DNA of 63,929 bases, filler included, from Circinaria calcarea (taxonomy: Eukaryota): the NCBI GenBank assembly GCA_051942165.1. It is 7 parts of 7 records of this genome, joined end to end, with 100 filler letters (N's around TTAATTAATTAA, not from the genome) between each part and the next. Parts side by side here need not be neighbours in the genome. Positions count along the whole stretch, not along the records: positions 54,896 to 63,929 come from JAVECS010001000.1; 6 more parts are not named here. The stretch is one strand, 5' to 3'. Positions within the stretch are counted from its first letter, which is position 1. Each line of letters begins with the position of its first letter. The position numbers were made by a program, and so were the translations under genes. The notes under the pieces were generated by a model. The model searched no databases, was not told the DNA's origin, and worked only from the letters and a program-made list of their open reading frames with translations. Shown here piece by piece: positions 62,327-63,929 of this stretch.

Positions 62327-63433
62327 ATGTCTTCACGCAAGGAGACTGTGGACCCGCGTCACGGGGATCCCTCGATCCGTCTCCATTCCAACCTACGATC
62401 AGAGTTTGTGGATCCATCATACCCGCGTTCAGACTACACCGACTCCTTGGGCAGTACTCCAGCCTCCAGTGTAACCGACTTTCATGCCCATCGTCTATCT
62501 CTGCAGCCCGGCGTGTACGTGCCGACGGTCGTCTTCTTTGAAAAAGAGACCGAAGATCTGGACCTAAAGACGATTGCCAGCCATGCCGTACGCCTGGCTA
62601 AAGCAGGCGTGGCCGGTATTACCACCCAAGGTTCCAATGGGGAAGCGGTCCATTTGACCCACGAAGAACGAAAGACCGTCACCGGCTGTACGCGGAGAGC
62701 GCTGAACGAGGCCGGATTCCACTCCCTGCCGGTGATTGTGGGTTGTGGTGCTCAATCCACGCGGGAAACCATTGAACTCTGCAACGACGCAGCCGATTCA
62801 GGAGGAGACTACGCTCTGGTCCTCCCGCCATCCTATTACAGACCAATGTACCACCCAGACTCCCTCGTCGATTTCTTCCAAGATGTAGCCGACGCCTCAC
62901 ACATCCCGGTCCTCATCTACAACTATCCGGCGGCCGTTTCCGGCATCGATATGGACTCCGATACCATCATCAAACTCGCCAAACACCCCAACATCGTCGG
63001 ATGCAAACTTACCTGCGGAAATACCGGCAAACTGAACCGAATCGCTGCCGCTACCCAAGCAACTACTCTTTCTGCGCCCGGCTCCGGCTTCATGTGCATG
63101 GGCGGATCTGCAGACTTCACCCTGCAAATGCTTGTTGGAGGCGGCTCAGGCGTCATCTGTGGCCTCGGTAACGTCGTCCCGAAAGCCTGTGTGGAGATCT
63201 TCAAACTCTATGCGACAGGGGAGATGAAGAAGGCAAAGGAGCTGCAAGCGGTAGTTGCGCGCGGGGATTGGGCTGCTATTTCGGGGGGCATCGTTGGTAC
63301 GAAGAGTGCTTTACAGTCTTATTTTGACTACGGTGGACTAGCCCGGAAACCACTTTCGCCGCCATCGAAGGGGGAGGTGGAGAAATGGAAGGACATGTTC
63401 AGGGAGGTTGTAGCACTGGAAGGGAAGATATGA
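62327..63433 (+). CDS. DHDPS-family aldolase (L-threo-3-deoxy-hexulosonate aldolase GaaC paralogue / HOGA-like)
   Basis: PGVYVPTVVFF, QGSNGEAVHL, LVLPPSYY, IYNYP and Schiff-base Lys in HPNIVGCKLTCGNTGKL. Confidence 0.88.
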   Translation: MSSRKETVDPRHGDPSIRLHSNLRSEFVDPSYPRSDYTDSLGSTPASSVTDFHAHRLSLQPGVYVPTVVFFEKETEDLDLKTIASHAVRLAKAGVAGITTQGSNGEAVHLTHEERKTVTGCTRRALNEAGFHSLPVIVGCGAQSTRETIELCNDAADSGGDYALVLPPSYYRPMYHPDSLVDFFQDVADASHIPVLIYNYPAAVSGIDMDSDTIIKLAKHPNIVGCKLTCGNTGKLNRIAAATQATTLSAPGSGFMCMGGSADFTLQMLVGGGSGVICGLGNVVPKACVEIFKLYATGEMKKAKELQAVVARGDWAAISGGIVGTKSALQSYFDYGGLARKPLSPPSKGEVEKWKDMFREVVALEGKI

Positions 63434-63739
63434 CGGAGTTCGGATGGAGAAAGGAGTTGATGTTGGTTGGGGGGAGGGAGTTGAATGCCGGTAAATATGT
63501 AGTGTTTATGCAATGAAATGGATGGCAAAAAAGCGAGTAGGCGAGCCACCCTCACCTCACACCTAACTTTTACCACTTCGGCGTTCTGAACTTCCAACAT
63601 TTATCAAAACGTACCACTTTTAAAAAAAAAGGAATAAATAAATACATCATTACCATCATAGCTCGCTCGCAAAGGGGGCATGAAAACAAAATAAAAACCC
63701 AACCGGGAGCAGGCAGATAAATATATATATAATATCTTC

Positions 63740-63864
63740 ACTACCTACCCTACCCTACCCTACCCTACCATCCATCCATCTCATCCGTATCCGTATCCGT
63801 ATCCGTATCCCAAACAACCGACCGATTACCCTACGGGCTACGGGCTACGGGTTACGGGCTACGG
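63740..63864. repeat. Compound microsatellite (CTACC)n-(CCAT)n-(ATCCGT)n-(CTACGG)n
   Basis: Adjacent short tandem arrays read directly near the contig end. Confidence 0.9.
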
Positions 63865-63929
63865 GAGGAGGAGAAGGTAGGCCCCCCCCCCAAAATTGAA
63901 AATTCCCGGGGGGGGGGGACGGGAAACCC

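Noticed and set aside
63740..63770. (CTACC)n as a telomere
   Set aside because: It is a 5-mer rather than CCCTAA, has few copies, and is part of a compound microsatellite.

Overview
Fungal (Pezizomycotina-type, GT-AG introns with CTRAC branch points) genomic DNA. The window is not one locus. It is seven unrelated contigs of about 9 kb (9059, 9057, 9048, 9045, 9044, 9042 and 9034 bp, i.e. sorted by length), joined by artificial 100-nt N44-TTAATTAATTAA-N44 spacers, so neighbourhoods mean something only within a contig. Contig 1: RPL22, a BMT6-like rRNA methyltransferase and a partial class I terpene synthase-like gene. Contig 2: FAD synthetase, TAP42 and Dicer-like 1 (partial). Contig 3: an M35 metalloprotease, a decayed rvt (cellular reverse transcriptase-related) pseudogene and a coiled-coil/TM protein. 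Contig 4: an AT-rich RIP-like tract, then a head-to-head pair of a P-loop-degenerate NACHT-like protein and an AAA+ ATPase with a Q/P/Y-rich tail; this pair is the best candidate for an undescribed system. Contig 5: a membrane protein, an alpha/beta hydrolase, a CoA-transferase III/AMACR and a Cys-rich secreted protein. Contig 6: a Yip1-domain protein, a fungal transcription-factor-domain gene, a foldback/MITE-like inverted repeat, an MFS transporter, a truncated 2OG-Fe(II) oxygenase and an MSS51/MYND-like relic. Contig 7: a MutL homologue, PFA4 and a DHDPS-family aldolase. All family calls come from manual translation and recalled motifs; no database search was run.
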